From an uncultured Gammaproteobacteria bacterium (GTDB taxonomy: Bacteria; Pseudomonadota; Gammaproteobacteria; JABCZS01): a stretch of 64,000 nucleotides of DNA. This document shows positions 1-10,048 of this stretch, piece after piece. A program made the translations under genes and the position numbers. Every line of letters begins with the position of its first letter. The first letter of the stretch is position 1. The notes under the pieces are model-generated. The model searched no databases. It was not told where the DNA came from and was given only the letters and a program-made list of their open reading frames with translations. Location of the stretch: contig CAWKDC010000001.1 of NCBI GenBank assembly GCA_963848305.1, positions 928,001-992,000 of the forward strand, written 5' to 3'.

Positions 1-1698
1 TCCGGTATGTGCGGCCAGCTGGTTGTCGGGTTAATGTCCTCCAGCACAGAAGGCACCAATAATGGTGACATGTGGCAGAACCGTGCCATTGCATTCGTCG
101 AAGCGCTCGTGAAAATTCTCGTGTACATGCGTGACCGCGGCGATATTTTGCTTGATGCGCACACGTTCCGAAATTATTTCGTGTTGCATAAATTAGAAAC
201 GATTGCACTCGACAAACGTTTTCCGATCGATGAAGAACGCAGCGTCAGCATTGATGATGCACCCGAATTGGTACTTCAACCTCTGGTCAACTATTTGAAT
301 ACACTGCCCGGCTTTGATCGCAATAAAAAAGGCAAACAAAGTGCTGAAGCACTCGAACAACATGGTTTTATCACCATGCAGCTGACACGGACATTCACGT
401 CATTGGCAGATACGTATGGTCACATCTTAAGAACTGAATTACCTGAAGTCGATTTTCGCGACGTGGTATTGAATCGACGCATTCTCGTCGTCTTGTTGCC
501 CGCACTCGAAAAGGCACCCGAAGAATTGGCCAACTTGGGTAAAATCATTGTGGCGTCGATCAAAGCAATGATGGCCTCAGGCTTGGGTGAAGAGGTAGAA
601 GGTACATATTTGCAAACCGTTGAGCGAAAAATCACGAATGCACCGACGCCTTTCGTCTGCGTACTCGACGAATACGGCTATTATGCGGTGAAAGGTTTTG
701 CTGTTGTGCCTGCACAGGCCCGTTCTCTCGGGTTCTCTGCCATTTTCGCAGGTCAAGATTTACCCGCTTTCCAGAAGGCCTCAAAAGAAGAAGCCCTGTC
801 TATCGGTGCAAACACCAACATCAAAATCGCGATGAAATTGGAAGATCCCACAGAAACCTGGGAGTTCTTCCAAAAAACAGCCGGCGAAGCATTGGTCACA
901 CAATCGGGTGGCTTCCAAACCAACCCGGACAGCGTCAGCGTCAACTATGCGGACACACGCAGTGCGCAAATTGAAAAACGTGCACGGATTGATTTGCTCG
1001 ATTTGAAAGATCAACGCGAAGGGGAAATGCACATCTTCTTCAAATCACGCATTGTGCGCGCCATTTCATTTCATGCTGGCCCAAAACCTGTGAAACACAT
1101 GAAATTAAATCAATTTTTGAAAATCAAAGCGCCTCCAGAAGAGGAGTTGATTGAAACGAATAACCGTTTATTTTATTTCCAGGAAACTTTTAAAAATCCT
1201 GCTAAATTGCGCTCACAGACATTCAACGTGGATCCTGAAATCCAGTTTCTGATTGATTACATGCATGCACATGTCGAGATGCCGAGCAGTCAGCGCGCCG
1301 TCATGGCATTCAAATCCTATTACAATAAAGAAAATGAACATGTGCCGCAAGTCGATACCGTATTGGAAGCACCTGTTGAAGGCATGGATATCCTCACTCA
1401 GCCACAACCTTCCGCTGCCGATCTGGAGCGCATGAACCCCATGGATTTCATGGGCATGCCTGCTTATTCCGGGCCATTGGTCGATAAAGTGGAAACGCGT
1501 AAAGACATTGAACGGATTGAACGTTATTTCGGAGAACCACTGGCACGCGCCAGTGCGAATGCCACCCGCTTACTGCGTGATTTGCGTACCGCGACGAAGT
1601 ATCCGCCGACCAGCAATGTACCTGTGGTCGAACGTGAAGAAATATTACGCGCGATGCGGAATGTGAAGGGGTATTTGGAGAAGTTGAAAGCCGAATAA
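1..1698 (+). CDS. icmO: Dot/Icm type IVB coupling protein DotL/IcmO (5'-truncated by window edge)
   Basis: Frame is open from base 1. TraD/VirD4-type motifs LDEYGYYAVKGFAVVPAQARSLGFSAIFAGQDLPAFQKAS and NTNIKIAMKLEDP match DotL; lies next to other dot/icm genes. Confidence 0.93.
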   Translation, partial: SGMCGQLVVGLMSSSTEGTNNGDMWQNRAIAFVEALVKILVYMRDRGDILLDAHTFRNYFVLHKLETIALDKRFPIDEERSVSIDDAPELVLQPLVNYLNTLPGFDRNKKGKQSAEALEQHGFITMQLTRTFTSLADTYGHILRTELPEVDFRDVVLNRRILVVLLPALEKAPEELANLGKIIVASIKAMMASGLGEEVEGTYLQTVERKITNAPTPFVCVLDEYGYYAVKGFAVVPAQARSLGFSAIFAGQDLPAFQKASKEEALSIGANTNIKIAMKLEDPTETWEFFQKTAGEALVTQSGGFQTNPDSVSVNYADTRSAQIEKRARIDLLDLKDQREGEMHIFFKSRIVRAISFHAGPKPVKHMKLNQFLKIKAPPEEELIETNNRLFYFQETFKNPAKLRSQTFNVDPEIQFLIDYMHAHVEMPSSQRAVMAFKSYYNKENEHVPQVDTVLEAPVEGMDILTQPQPSAADLERMNPMDFMGMPAYSGPLVDKVETRKDIERIERYFGEPLARASANATRLLRDLRTATKYPPTSNVPVVEREEILRAMRNVKGYLEKLKAE

Positions 1699-1706
1699 TT
1701 GGCCTG

Positions 1707-1736
1707 TTGGAGGGGCGCATATTTGCGCCCCTCCAA
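1707..1736. repeat. REP-like palindrome / bidirectional terminator between convergent dotL and dotA
   Basis: TTGGAGGGGCGCA-tatt-TGCGCCCCTCCAA, perfect 13-bp arms; the same GGGCGCA...TGCGCCC core recurs elsewhere in the window. Confidence 0.8.
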
Positions 1737-1756
1737 TGGAGCGAAGATCACCCCCA

Positions 1757-4285
1757 CTACTTCCTCCCAAGCAGCTTCTCGGCATCGCTAATCCCACCGC
1801 CGGCTCTACGCTGCTGGCTGCGTTCGTATATCGCGCGCTTGTGGGGATCTTTCTTGAAGATCTCCTCTCTCTTTTCTTTCTCTTGGTCAGAATCACCCTC
1901 AGCGCCCGCCGCTTGAAGCTCAATATCCAGATTTGCTTCAGCCATTTGCTCTATGTTAGAAGCAGCACGGTACATATCGGCTTTCTCAGGAATAGCGTAA
2001 CCGCCAGCAGCAGCCCCTGCGCCCGCTTCCACGCCCTGTTTCGCCGCACCAATGGCTTCTTTCGCGCCTTTCACACCCATGGATTGATCGCCAATCCAAG
2101 CCAATACACGGTTCGGGACGACATTAATCAATGAATAAGCTTCTGTGATCACAAACGTGAATGCACCTGTATACGCAGTTAAAATCGCCACAAACCCAAA
2201 CATATTGTCGACACGGAACGATCCGCCAATGATGGTTAAGAAACCGATATTCAATATTTCAACGACAATCCATGACACAATCATCGCAGCAGCCAAACCA
2301 ATGATCATCATGGAAGGACGCAAAAATAAATTCAGGATCAACATCAACGCAGGCGCAGCACGTCCCCACACCTCGCTTTTGGTTTCAGGGAAAATCAACC
2401 CGATCGAGACCAAAGGCGCTGCCGCCACCGATTCCACACATTGCAATAACCAACCAATCACACCGGTGAGGAAAGTCATGTAGGGAATCAGTGGAATAAA
2501 CACACCCAGTACCGCGCCATTGGTGTACATAAAACCGGCCAAGGCGAGCATCAATGGGGCGAGCACATACGTCACAACCCGCATCAAATTAGCACCAGGA
2601 CTGATCCACTGAGCAAATGAAGCACTGATGGTCGCAAGCAATGTGGCCATCGTCATCGCCACCATCATCGTGACCGCACCCGCCTGAAGAGATTCGCCAT
2701 AGAGCGCAGCACGGCTGATCGGATTTTGTGAAGCCAAGCCGGAGATTAATGTGGGTGATTCTCTGCTCTCACCTGTCAAGTATTGAATATACTTGTCAAT
2801 TGAGCTGATGGTTGCACCACTTAACGGATCACCTCCCGAGTTTTTTTGCACTTTTTCACGTAATTTTTCCACTTTCTCTTTGCTGATGGGTGAATGCGAG
2901 TTGCGCTGCAGGGTACTCTGACCTTGTTCCACCATGTACTCTGATCCGGGAACGCTATACATCGCGGCAGGCTGGGTCGTCAGGTAGGTTTGATAAAATT
3001 GTTTGGCACGTTCATAATATTTGTGGGGATCTTCTCTATCGGCCACATCCACACGGGACAGTTTATTCTCGGGGATCACAAATGTTTCAACCAGCCTTTC
3101 ATTCATCCCGCGGAAATTGGACAACACCGCAAAATAATTCCCTGCGAGCATCCAACCATATTGTGCGTAAGGCGCCAACGAATATTCTTGCGCAGGAGAT
3201 CCTGGCTTGAAAATTTTCTCATAACTCACGATATACCGAATGTACGATTCCATAGATTGTGCCGCATCAGCATAATATCGTTTAAATTGCGTGGGATCCT
3301 CCGCTTCGGAGCTGCTCACAATATAATTGGCGACTTTTCTCAAGTTTTTGGCGGCATTCATTAATCCAAACATATACACGTTTGCCTTGGACATGTCTTC
3401 TGCCACTGCTGTATCGGCAGGATCCGTACCTGCAATCGTGTAGCGTATGTATCCACATTCAGAGCCGCGACGCGCATCGTTGATGGGGAACTCATGATCG
3501 TATTTGCTCTGATCACCAAACATCAATAAATAGTAGATCGGCGCTTTAGCATCGGGCTGTTCACCCAACACCACGTAGGGTTCCCTGCGACGGCCGCCTG
3601 CATTTTCAACCGCTTGAGGATCTTGATTGAAGGCTTCCACGCACACCATGCTGCGTAACAAACCCAATTTGGCATCGCCAATCTTCCCGTAAGGCGTATC
3701 GATGTTCACATCGGATTGAGTCGAGTAGGTATAATTCATGTTGTCATAACTGAAAATCGTCGCGGGCGTTTGCGTGCTGTTCACAGCGATCGCACCCCCC
3801 TTGTCAAAATAATCCACCATGTCGGTTCATAGTGTGTCGGCAGCACCCACACCATTCAGGATCAGCCACATCACAAGATATTGCGCCAAGCAATAACCGG
3901 AACCCGCTTTGGGCACCAATAACGCAATGCCCACAACAATGCGGATCGGCATCCACATCGCATTCCATTTTTCACCGAGCGGTTTCCCTTCGCTGGCACT
4001 GTTCACTGCGCCCGCAGTGAGTGTGTAGGTCACAATGATGATCCCCACGACCAACACTACCTGGTTGAAAATGCCGAATAAACGTGCCAACAATTGCATG
4101 TAGGGGCTGACAATCGCGCCTTTAGAAGGAACCAAATCACTGCCAAAAATATTGGCGAGGTACCACAGGGATAAATCTTTACTCGTGGGTGTGAAAAAAT
4201 CAAGGTTGGGCATGTCAAATGCAAGCGCTGTGGAAGCGCAGAAGCATAAACCCATTATCAGGGCAAGACGGTACATCCCGATCAT
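1757..4285 (-). CDS. dotA: DotA/TraY family protein, copy 2 (in-frame TGA at 3827-3829 where the paralog has Trp)
   Basis: ORFs 3827-4285 and 1757-3820 are in the same frame (AADTL*TDMVDYF vs AADTVWSTMIDYF in copy 1). DotA motifs DLSLWYLANIFG, WMPIRIVVGIALLVP, FIPLIPY, VAAAPLV, NLFLRPS. Confidence 0.9.
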
Positions 4286-6657
4286 TAGGTGGCCCCTCCC
4301 TTACCTTTCCCTTCCTCTTCCAGAGCCTTTTTGCGTTCCTTCATACTCGCTTGACCACGGTACATATCCGCTTTCTGCGTAAATGCAGCGCCTCCAGCCA
4401 CGGCACGGCCGCCGGCTTCAGCGCCTTGTTTCGCACCACCAATCGCTTCCTCAGCACCCTTGACGCCCATGGATTGATCGCCGATCCAATGCAAGACGCG
4501 GTTAGGCAGGACATTGATGAGGGAATAAGTTTCTGTCACGACATACGTAAACGTCGCGACGTAAGCAGCCATGATCGTCACAAATCCAAACATATTTTCC
4601 ACGCGGAAAGTACTGCGAGTGAGGGTGAGGAAACCAATATTTAATATTTCAATCACGACCCAAGTCAAGATCATCGCAGCCGCAAACCCGATGATCATCA
4701 AAGAAGGGCGCAAAAATAAATTCATCGTGAGCATGTATGCGGGTGCAGCCCTGCCCCAAATTTCTTCTTTCGATTCAGGTAAGACCAACCCTACGGCAAC
4801 CAAGGGTGCTGCCGCCACCGATTCCACCACTTGTAATAACCAACCCACCACGCCGGTTAAAAAAACAAGATAAGGAATGAGGGGAATGAAAACGCCCAGC
4901 ACCACCCCTTCACCATACATGAATCCACCCAATGCGATAATCAGGGGAGCCACAATATTGGTAATACCTGCAAACCCGTGCCCAACGGGATTCATGGCGC
5001 CATAAACAGATGATGCGAGAATAGTGGCCATCCACACGGCTCCCAAACTGACCATTAACCCAATGGCTGCCTCTGTCAATAGTTTTCCGTAAATAGACGC
5101 CTCAAGGATCGGATCTTGGCTGACCAACCGGCCGCCGCCAGGATTGCCTGATAAATGCTGAATGAATTCTTTAACAGCGGCTGTCGTCGTAACCGATGTG
5201 GCATTGGGATTATGATGACCCACGGCTTCTTGGAGCGCAGCCATTTCATCTTCACGCAAGGGTGATGCGGTGCCGTTTGGTGATGAAGTATGTTCACGCT
5301 GCCAATCCGAATCTGGCGCATCGTACATGGCCTGTTGGTTGGTTTGAAACTCAGTGAAAAAGGTGTCAATGACAGTTTTAGATTGTGAATCATGCCCCTC
5401 AATCCCATTCCAAACGGGAGCCGAGTAGGTGACAACAGTCGGCGCTTTCGAAGACTCAGGCCGCACAAATGTCCCGCCCGACATGGCCGAGCCGCTGCCA
5501 CAACCTTGACGGCCGCCCCAGCAGGATAAAGTCGTGTAATAATTACCTGCCAAAATCCAACCATATTTTTTAAAATCATCTAGATCTGATGTCGGCGTTG
5601 AGGTGACTGGTTTTTGCAAAATTGGTTGGTTGCGCACGATATCGTTGATATAAATTTGCATGGCACGGTTGGCATCCGTGTAATATTCAGACCATTGTGT
5701 ATCAGGTTTATTTTGGGCAACGGCCTCTGCCAACGCCCCCGTATTGCTGGCCAGCGATTGCAGCGCCATGCCATACACCAAATTCACAGTCGCCTGATCC
5801 GCAAAGGTAATGCCTTCTTCTTGCATTTCTGTTGACGTCAGACTGGATTTAAGGGTGACATAACCACACTCGGCTCCGCCCTCTATTTTATTATTTTCGT
5901 AACGAAATTTTTCAGGATCACCAAAAATCAGGAAGAATTCAGGAGGTTGATCAGTCACTGGCGTTTTGGTGTACATTTTAAATTTTTTATGTTCCCGATC
6001 CTGCTCAGGCTGTGCATTGAACTTATCCATGCAGGCATCACTGCGCAATAAAGAAACCTCATGCTTAACCGCCGGAGAGCCTACTGTGCTATTGGCCAAT
6101 AATGCATAGGTATAATTCATGTTATCGTAGGTGAATGGGGTGGAGTTTACCAAATTATTGGTCGTAGAAGACGTATAAATCATGCCGCCACTTTTAAAGT
6201 AATCGATCATCGTGCTCCATACCGTGTCGGCAGCGCCAATGCCTTGCATCGTCAGCCAAATCACGACATATTGCGCCATGCAATAACTGGAACCCGCTTT
6301 GGGGATCAACAGACCCACACCTGTGGCAATGCGAACGGGGATCCACAAAGAGCCCATTTTCTCACCCAACGGTTTTCCTTCTGCCGCCGTATTCAACGTA
6401 CCGATTAAAATCGTGTAAACCAAAATAATCAATGCCACGGCCAACACCACGGAATTGAATACACCGAATAAACGGGATAATAATTTGATGTTGGGGATAT
6501 TTTCCCCAGGAATTAATTCGCTGCCAAAAATATTGCCCAAATACCACAGGGACAAATCCTCTGGAACGGGCGTGAAAAGCGTAGGGAAGCTCGGGGCAGC
6601 CAATGCAGCTGTGGCGAATAACATCAGTATCAGAGCACTGATCACGCGACTCGACAT
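4285..6657 (-). CDS. dotA: DotA/TraY family protein, copy 1
   Basis: Motifs DLSLWYLGNIFG, WIPVRIATGVGLLIP, YGWILAGNYY, FIPLIPY, VAAAPLVAVG, NLFLRPSLMIIG. Directly downstream of icmV; TAATG overlap with copy 2. Start set at ATG 6657 after a G-rich RBS. Confidence 0.93.
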   Translation of the reverse strand: MSSRVISALILMLFATAALAAPSFPTLFTPVPEDLSLWYLGNIFGSELIPGENIPNIKLLSRLFGVFNSVVLAVALIILVYTILIGTLNTAAEGKPLGEKMGSLWIPVRIATGVGLLIPKAGSSYCMAQYVVIWLTMQGIGAADTVWSTMIDYFKSGGMIYTSSTTNNLVNSTPFTYDNMNYTYALLANSTVGSPAVKHEVSLLRSDACMDKFNAQPEQDREHKKFKMYTKTPVTDQPPEFFLIFGDPEKFRYENNKIEGGAECGYVTLKSSLTSTEMQEEGITFADQATVNLVYGMALQSLASNTGALAEAVAQNKPDTQWSEYYTDANRAMQIYINDIVRNQPILQKPVTSTPTSDLDDFKKYGWILAGNYYTTLSCWGGRQGCGSGSAMSGGTFVRPESSKAPTVVTYSAPVWNGIEGHDSQSKTVIDTFFTEFQTNQQAMYDAPDSDWQREHTSSPNGTASPLREDEMAALQEAVGHHNPNATSVTTTAAVKEFIQHLSGNPGGGRLVSQDPILEASIYGKLLTEAAIGLMVSLGAVWMATILASSVYGAMNPVGHGFAGITNIVAPLIIALGGFMYGEGVVLGVFIPLIPYLVFLTGVVGWLLQVVESVAAAPLVAVGLVLPESKEEIWGRAAPAYMLTMNLFLRPSLMIIGFAAAMILTWVVIEILNIGFLTLTRSTFRVENMFGFVTIMAAYVATFTYVVTETYSLINVLPNRVLHWIGDQSMGVKGAEEAIGGAKQGAEAGGRAVAGGAAFTQKADMYRGQASMKERKKALEEEGKGKGGAT

Positions 6658-6674
6658 ATAAACCCCCTGCTTCT

Positions 6675-7113
6675 TTAGAATGAAGATCGTAAATATTCTT
6701 GAAATGTGCAACCCAATTTACGTTGCTTTAATTGAAATAACCAAAAATGACTGCGAAATGCATACGAAAACGCCATGAGCGCCACCAAGAACGCCACAAA
6801 CATCCCCGTCCAATAGGCGTGGAATGCAAGCCATATCGCGTAAATGATCACGCATACCCCTGAGACCAAATACAACAAAGTTTGGATCAAAAACATTTTC
6901 CGGCGATCGACCAAATCAGATTCAGTCAATCTCAAGCGTGCAACCGCTTCATCGAATGTTTCTGAAGGCACCTTTCTCCTGTTTGCTCCGAAAAAAAACT
7001 GATACAAAAATATCTTTCATCAAATTAAAGACACCGACCGCAATGCCAATGCCCAACCAATCACTCAACGTGTTCTTGGATTTGATCAATCGCCTTTTGA
7101 AAAAACCTGCCAT
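6675..7113 (-). CDS. icmV: Dot/Icm protein IcmV (one frameshift near 6965-7000, probably a homopolymer error)
   Basis: C-terminal part ETFDEAVARLRLTESDL...AFRSHFWLFQLKQRKLGCTFQEY matches IcmV. N-terminal part MAGFFKRRLIKSKNTLSDWLG lies in an adjacent frame from ATG 7113. Canonical position upstream of dotA. Confidence 0.88.
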
Positions 7114-8525
7114 GATGAGGTAACCTCCCCGTAACGTTGTTGCAATGCCAAGAAAATCAGAACGCCACACAGCGTCAATGTGGTGGGGATATACGCGGCA
7201 GCAGTCAAAGCCAAGCCATACACGCCCAATAGTCCAAAAATAGCATAAATAAAACACAGGGCTTTAAAAAATTTGGTGAAATTTTCCCGCACGCGCCGCT
7301 CACGACGGCCTAACGTATCAGGCGACATGTCCACCATGCTGCGCATCCATAATCCACCGTTTCTCATCGCGCACAGCATGCCCGCTACCAGTAATATCAA
7401 CACAATACTGAAGCCATTAAATGAGAATTGTGCCAACGCATCCGTGATCGGTGTTGTGGCAAAATGCAATTGCGGCACCCACGTCCAGAATTCAGCATTG
7501 ATCGATGGGAACACTGACAAGAAAAAAGCGGCCAGCGCAACAGGGACGATCAATCCCACGATCAACAATGTTCGTGAGGTCAACAATTGTGCCAATAAAA
7601 CACTGAGTGGCGCAACCATGAAGAAGCTACAACCAATGATTAAGGTGGGCCAATTGCGCGCAACTTTATCGAAAGACGCATAGTGTGTGTTCAAGCCTTG
7701 CGCCAATTGATCTTGCATCCCATCCGGCAACCCCAACAAAGCGAATTGTGTAAAAACCCATGTACCGATCAAAAAGCCCATTAACGCGACATACAGTAAT
7801 GGCATGCTTGTGTCCGTTTTTTTTGCGTGATTCACCATGCGCTTGAAAATGGAAGTCGATTTGTTTAACGCAAAAATGGAGAATAAAAACAAGAAAAAAC
7901 TCATTTGCGGAAAAGTGAAAATATGTTCAAAACCGAGCAGGCGACTGCTCAAGTACAACAATTGTTGCGTGACCAAAATGATCAACACACTCACCAAAAA
8001 AATCACGCCCCCAATGGCCACAAAATCCAAGAGCCAAGGCAAGATATCTTTCTTCTCATAAAAACGCAACAAGAAACCCGAATAATGCCGTTGATGTTTC
8101 AACCAGCGCGCGGCCATCATGCACACCAACGCAAATAACCAGGCTTGCAGGAATAATCGAATGACATACGCCATGCTTTCTGCCCCGGGCAATGTGACCC
8201 AGAGCGCTGTCTCAGTATCGGTGGCAATGAGGGGTTGGAATGATAAGCTGAAATAAGCAATCATGAATAAGGTGACCAAGCTGCCGAGTGATAGCGCAAT
8301 GATTTTGCCGATCGCACTGACAGGATGCATGGTGTTATTCGACACGGATGGATTTGATTGATACAACATTAAAAACAAGGGCACCAATACCACAAACAAA
8401 CTGGGCAACCATACGTTCATCACCCTGTCGGCATACATCATGAACGCGAGCGGCACAAGGTTCATGGCAATAATCGCTGTCGCCCAGGCCTTCGGTTTGA
8501 GTATTGGCAACATCTTTGGATGCAT
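7086..8525 (-). CDS. Multi-pass inner-membrane protein of unknown function inside the icm operon
   Basis: 479-aa ORF with roughly 11-12 hydrophobic segments; starts 2 bp after the icmX stop and overlaps the icmV start. Confidence 0.8.
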   Translation of the reverse strand: MHPKMLPILKPKAWATAIIAMNLVPLAFMMYADRVMNVWLPSLFVVLVPLFLMLYQSNPSVSNNTMHPVSAIGKIIALSLGSLVTLFMIAYFSLSFQPLIATDTETALWVTLPGAESMAYVIRLFLQAWLFALVCMMAARWLKHQRHYSGFLLRFYEKKDILPWLLDFVAIGGVIFLVSVLIILVTQQLLYLSSRLLGFEHIFTFPQMSFFLFLFSIFALNKSTSIFKRMVNHAKKTDTSMPLLYVALMGFLIGTWVFTQFALLGLPDGMQDQLAQGLNTHYASFDKVARNWPTLIIGCSFFMVAPLSVLLAQLLTSRTLLIVGLIVPVALAAFFLSVFPSINAEFWTWVPQLHFATTPITDALAQFSFNGFSIVLILLVAGMLCAMRNGGLWMRSMVDMSPDTLGRRERRVRENFTKFFKALCFIYAIFGLLGVYGLALTAAAYIPTTLTLCGVLIFLALQQRYGEVTSSWQVFSKGD

Positions 8526-8527
8526 AT

Positions 8528-9544
8528 CTACTGTCCTATGGTTTGATTCATGAGTTCTTCAGTATTGACTTCCGATCCCACCGCCTCAGCCTGTGCACCT
8601 TGTGCATTCAACTGGGATAATAACGCGACCTGTGCAGCCATCAACGCTTCCATGCGGCTGGATTGTTCATATTTTTTCACGTCTAAATAAATTTGAAGGG
8701 CTTGTATATTCGCTATTTCACGCAAAACGCCAGCTTGAGATAATTTATTCATCGCATCAGACCAGTCTGCATTGGCATAACGACGCGATGCTTCAAAGTT
8801 GATCAATTCCATGAAACTCGCTGCACCATTGCTGCCAATAGGCAAGTCTTTTGCGACATCCGCAATGCGCTTACGTTCTGCAAAAATGGCCAGCAAAGAA
8901 TTTTGCGCAACCGTCAACGCAGGTTGTTGACGAAAAGCCATATTGAAATATTTTTTTCCTTCCACAGTAATACCGTCTGAAGGATCTTTCTTGTTTTCAT
9001 ATACTTTTTCAGGATTAAAATCGAAAGGTTTTGGATTCGACAAGTTGATGATGTACTGCAAAGCAGCATTCTCTTCTGTTGTATTGGTATACGCCAATTT
9101 GTCCAGTAAAAAATACGCCAAGACATCATTACCTACTCCGGGGTTTTTGTATTCACAAGCTTGAATATTATTTTTATCTGTTTTGCCACAATAAGCCAAA
9201 CGGGCACCATAATAGTTGTCGGCAGATTGTTTTGGGGTGTAAATATTATAATTTGCAAAATCCCTCAGGCGTTGCTCTTGCTCAATGGAACTGATTTGCT
9301 CTGCAGGTAACATATTGCTACCCATTGCTTGAGTGACATCCAAATAAGGAGGCCACATATATTGCAATAAATTTTGTGCGCCTGCATTTTCAGCAGAGAC
9401 CACGCCCAAATAATATTTGAGATCTGTGAACAATTCTTTTTCAGCATTGATCAGATCATCAATGCTGCTGGCTGCTTGTGCGGGAATAACGCTGGATAAA
9501 CCCATTGATACTATTGCTAGCGATAAAAAACGCTTCATGCTCAT
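8528..9544 (-). CDS. icmX: IcmX/TraW-like periplasmic Dot/Icm protein
   Basis: Signal peptide (MSMKRFLSLAIV...AQAA). C-terminal helical block AQNSLLAIFAERK...LREIANIQALQIYL...RMEALMAAQ resembles IcmX/TraW; synteny with icmW, icmV and dotA. Confidence 0.72.
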   Translation of the reverse strand: MSMKRFLSLAIVSMGLSSVIPAQAASSIDDLINAEKELFTDLKYYLGVVSAENAGAQNLLQYMWPPYLDVTQAMGSNMLPAEQISSIEQEQRLRDFANYNIYTPKQSADNYYGARLAYCGKTDKNNIQACEYKNPGVGNDVLAYFLLDKLAYTNTTEENAALQYIINLSNPKPFDFNPEKVYENKKDPSDGITVEGKKYFNMAFRQQPALTVAQNSLLAIFAERKRIADVAKDLPIGSNGAASFMELINFEASRRYANADWSDAMNKLSQAGVLREIANIQALQIYLDVKKYEQSSRMEALMAAQVALLSQLNAQGAQAEAVGSEVNTEELMNQTIGQ

Positions 9545-9936
9545 TGTGAGACTCCTGTACACACTACTTTAGGGACGCCCATGGAATAGACTGTTTTACA
9601 GACTTTATTCGTCCACTGGCGTGGACCGGGATCAAATTTTACTTCTCGTTTTAAAACGCCCGCTTCGATGCGTTTTTGCCAATCACTTTTCAGGATCGAA
9701 CAACTGCTGAGACTGCACGTGTCCGTTGGATTGGGAATATGGTACTCTGCAATGCCTGCTTGATAATTAGCGGTTAACATTTTTGAATAATTCGTTGCGC
9801 ATGCATCGGTAGGTTTGTTGCAGGCGTTGACGATGCGGAAAGGCGTATAGTTTGACAATGCTGCATGACTGGTGGTGAATAGGCTGATTAAGAGCAGCAT
9901 CGCCGCGGTGATTGCGTGTAATAAGTTGTGCTTCAT
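9541..9936 (-). CDS. Small secreted cysteine-rich protein, translationally coupled to icmX
   Basis: 131 aa, signal peptide ending SHA, six Cys; ATGA overlap with icmX start. Confidence 0.7.
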   Translation of the reverse strand: MKHNLLHAITAAMLLLISLFTTSHAALSNYTPFRIVNACNKPTDACATNYSKMLTANYQAGIAEYHIPNPTDTCSLSSCSILKSDWQKRIEAGVLKREVKFDPGPRQWTNKVCKTVYSMGVPKVVCTGVSQ

Positions 9937-10017
9937 GTTCTATCTCACGAAAGTTAGTTTACGGTTTTATGCTAACTGCGCTTGTATTCGAACTACAACC
10001 ATTCATATTAAATTTCT

Positions 10018-10039
10018 GGGCGGGAGTACCCGCCCCTAC
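10018..10039. repeat. REP-like palindrome
   Basis: GGGCGGG-agta-CCCGCCC followed by CTAC (GTAG on the - strand). Confidence 0.65.
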
Positions 10040-10048
10040 ACTATTATA

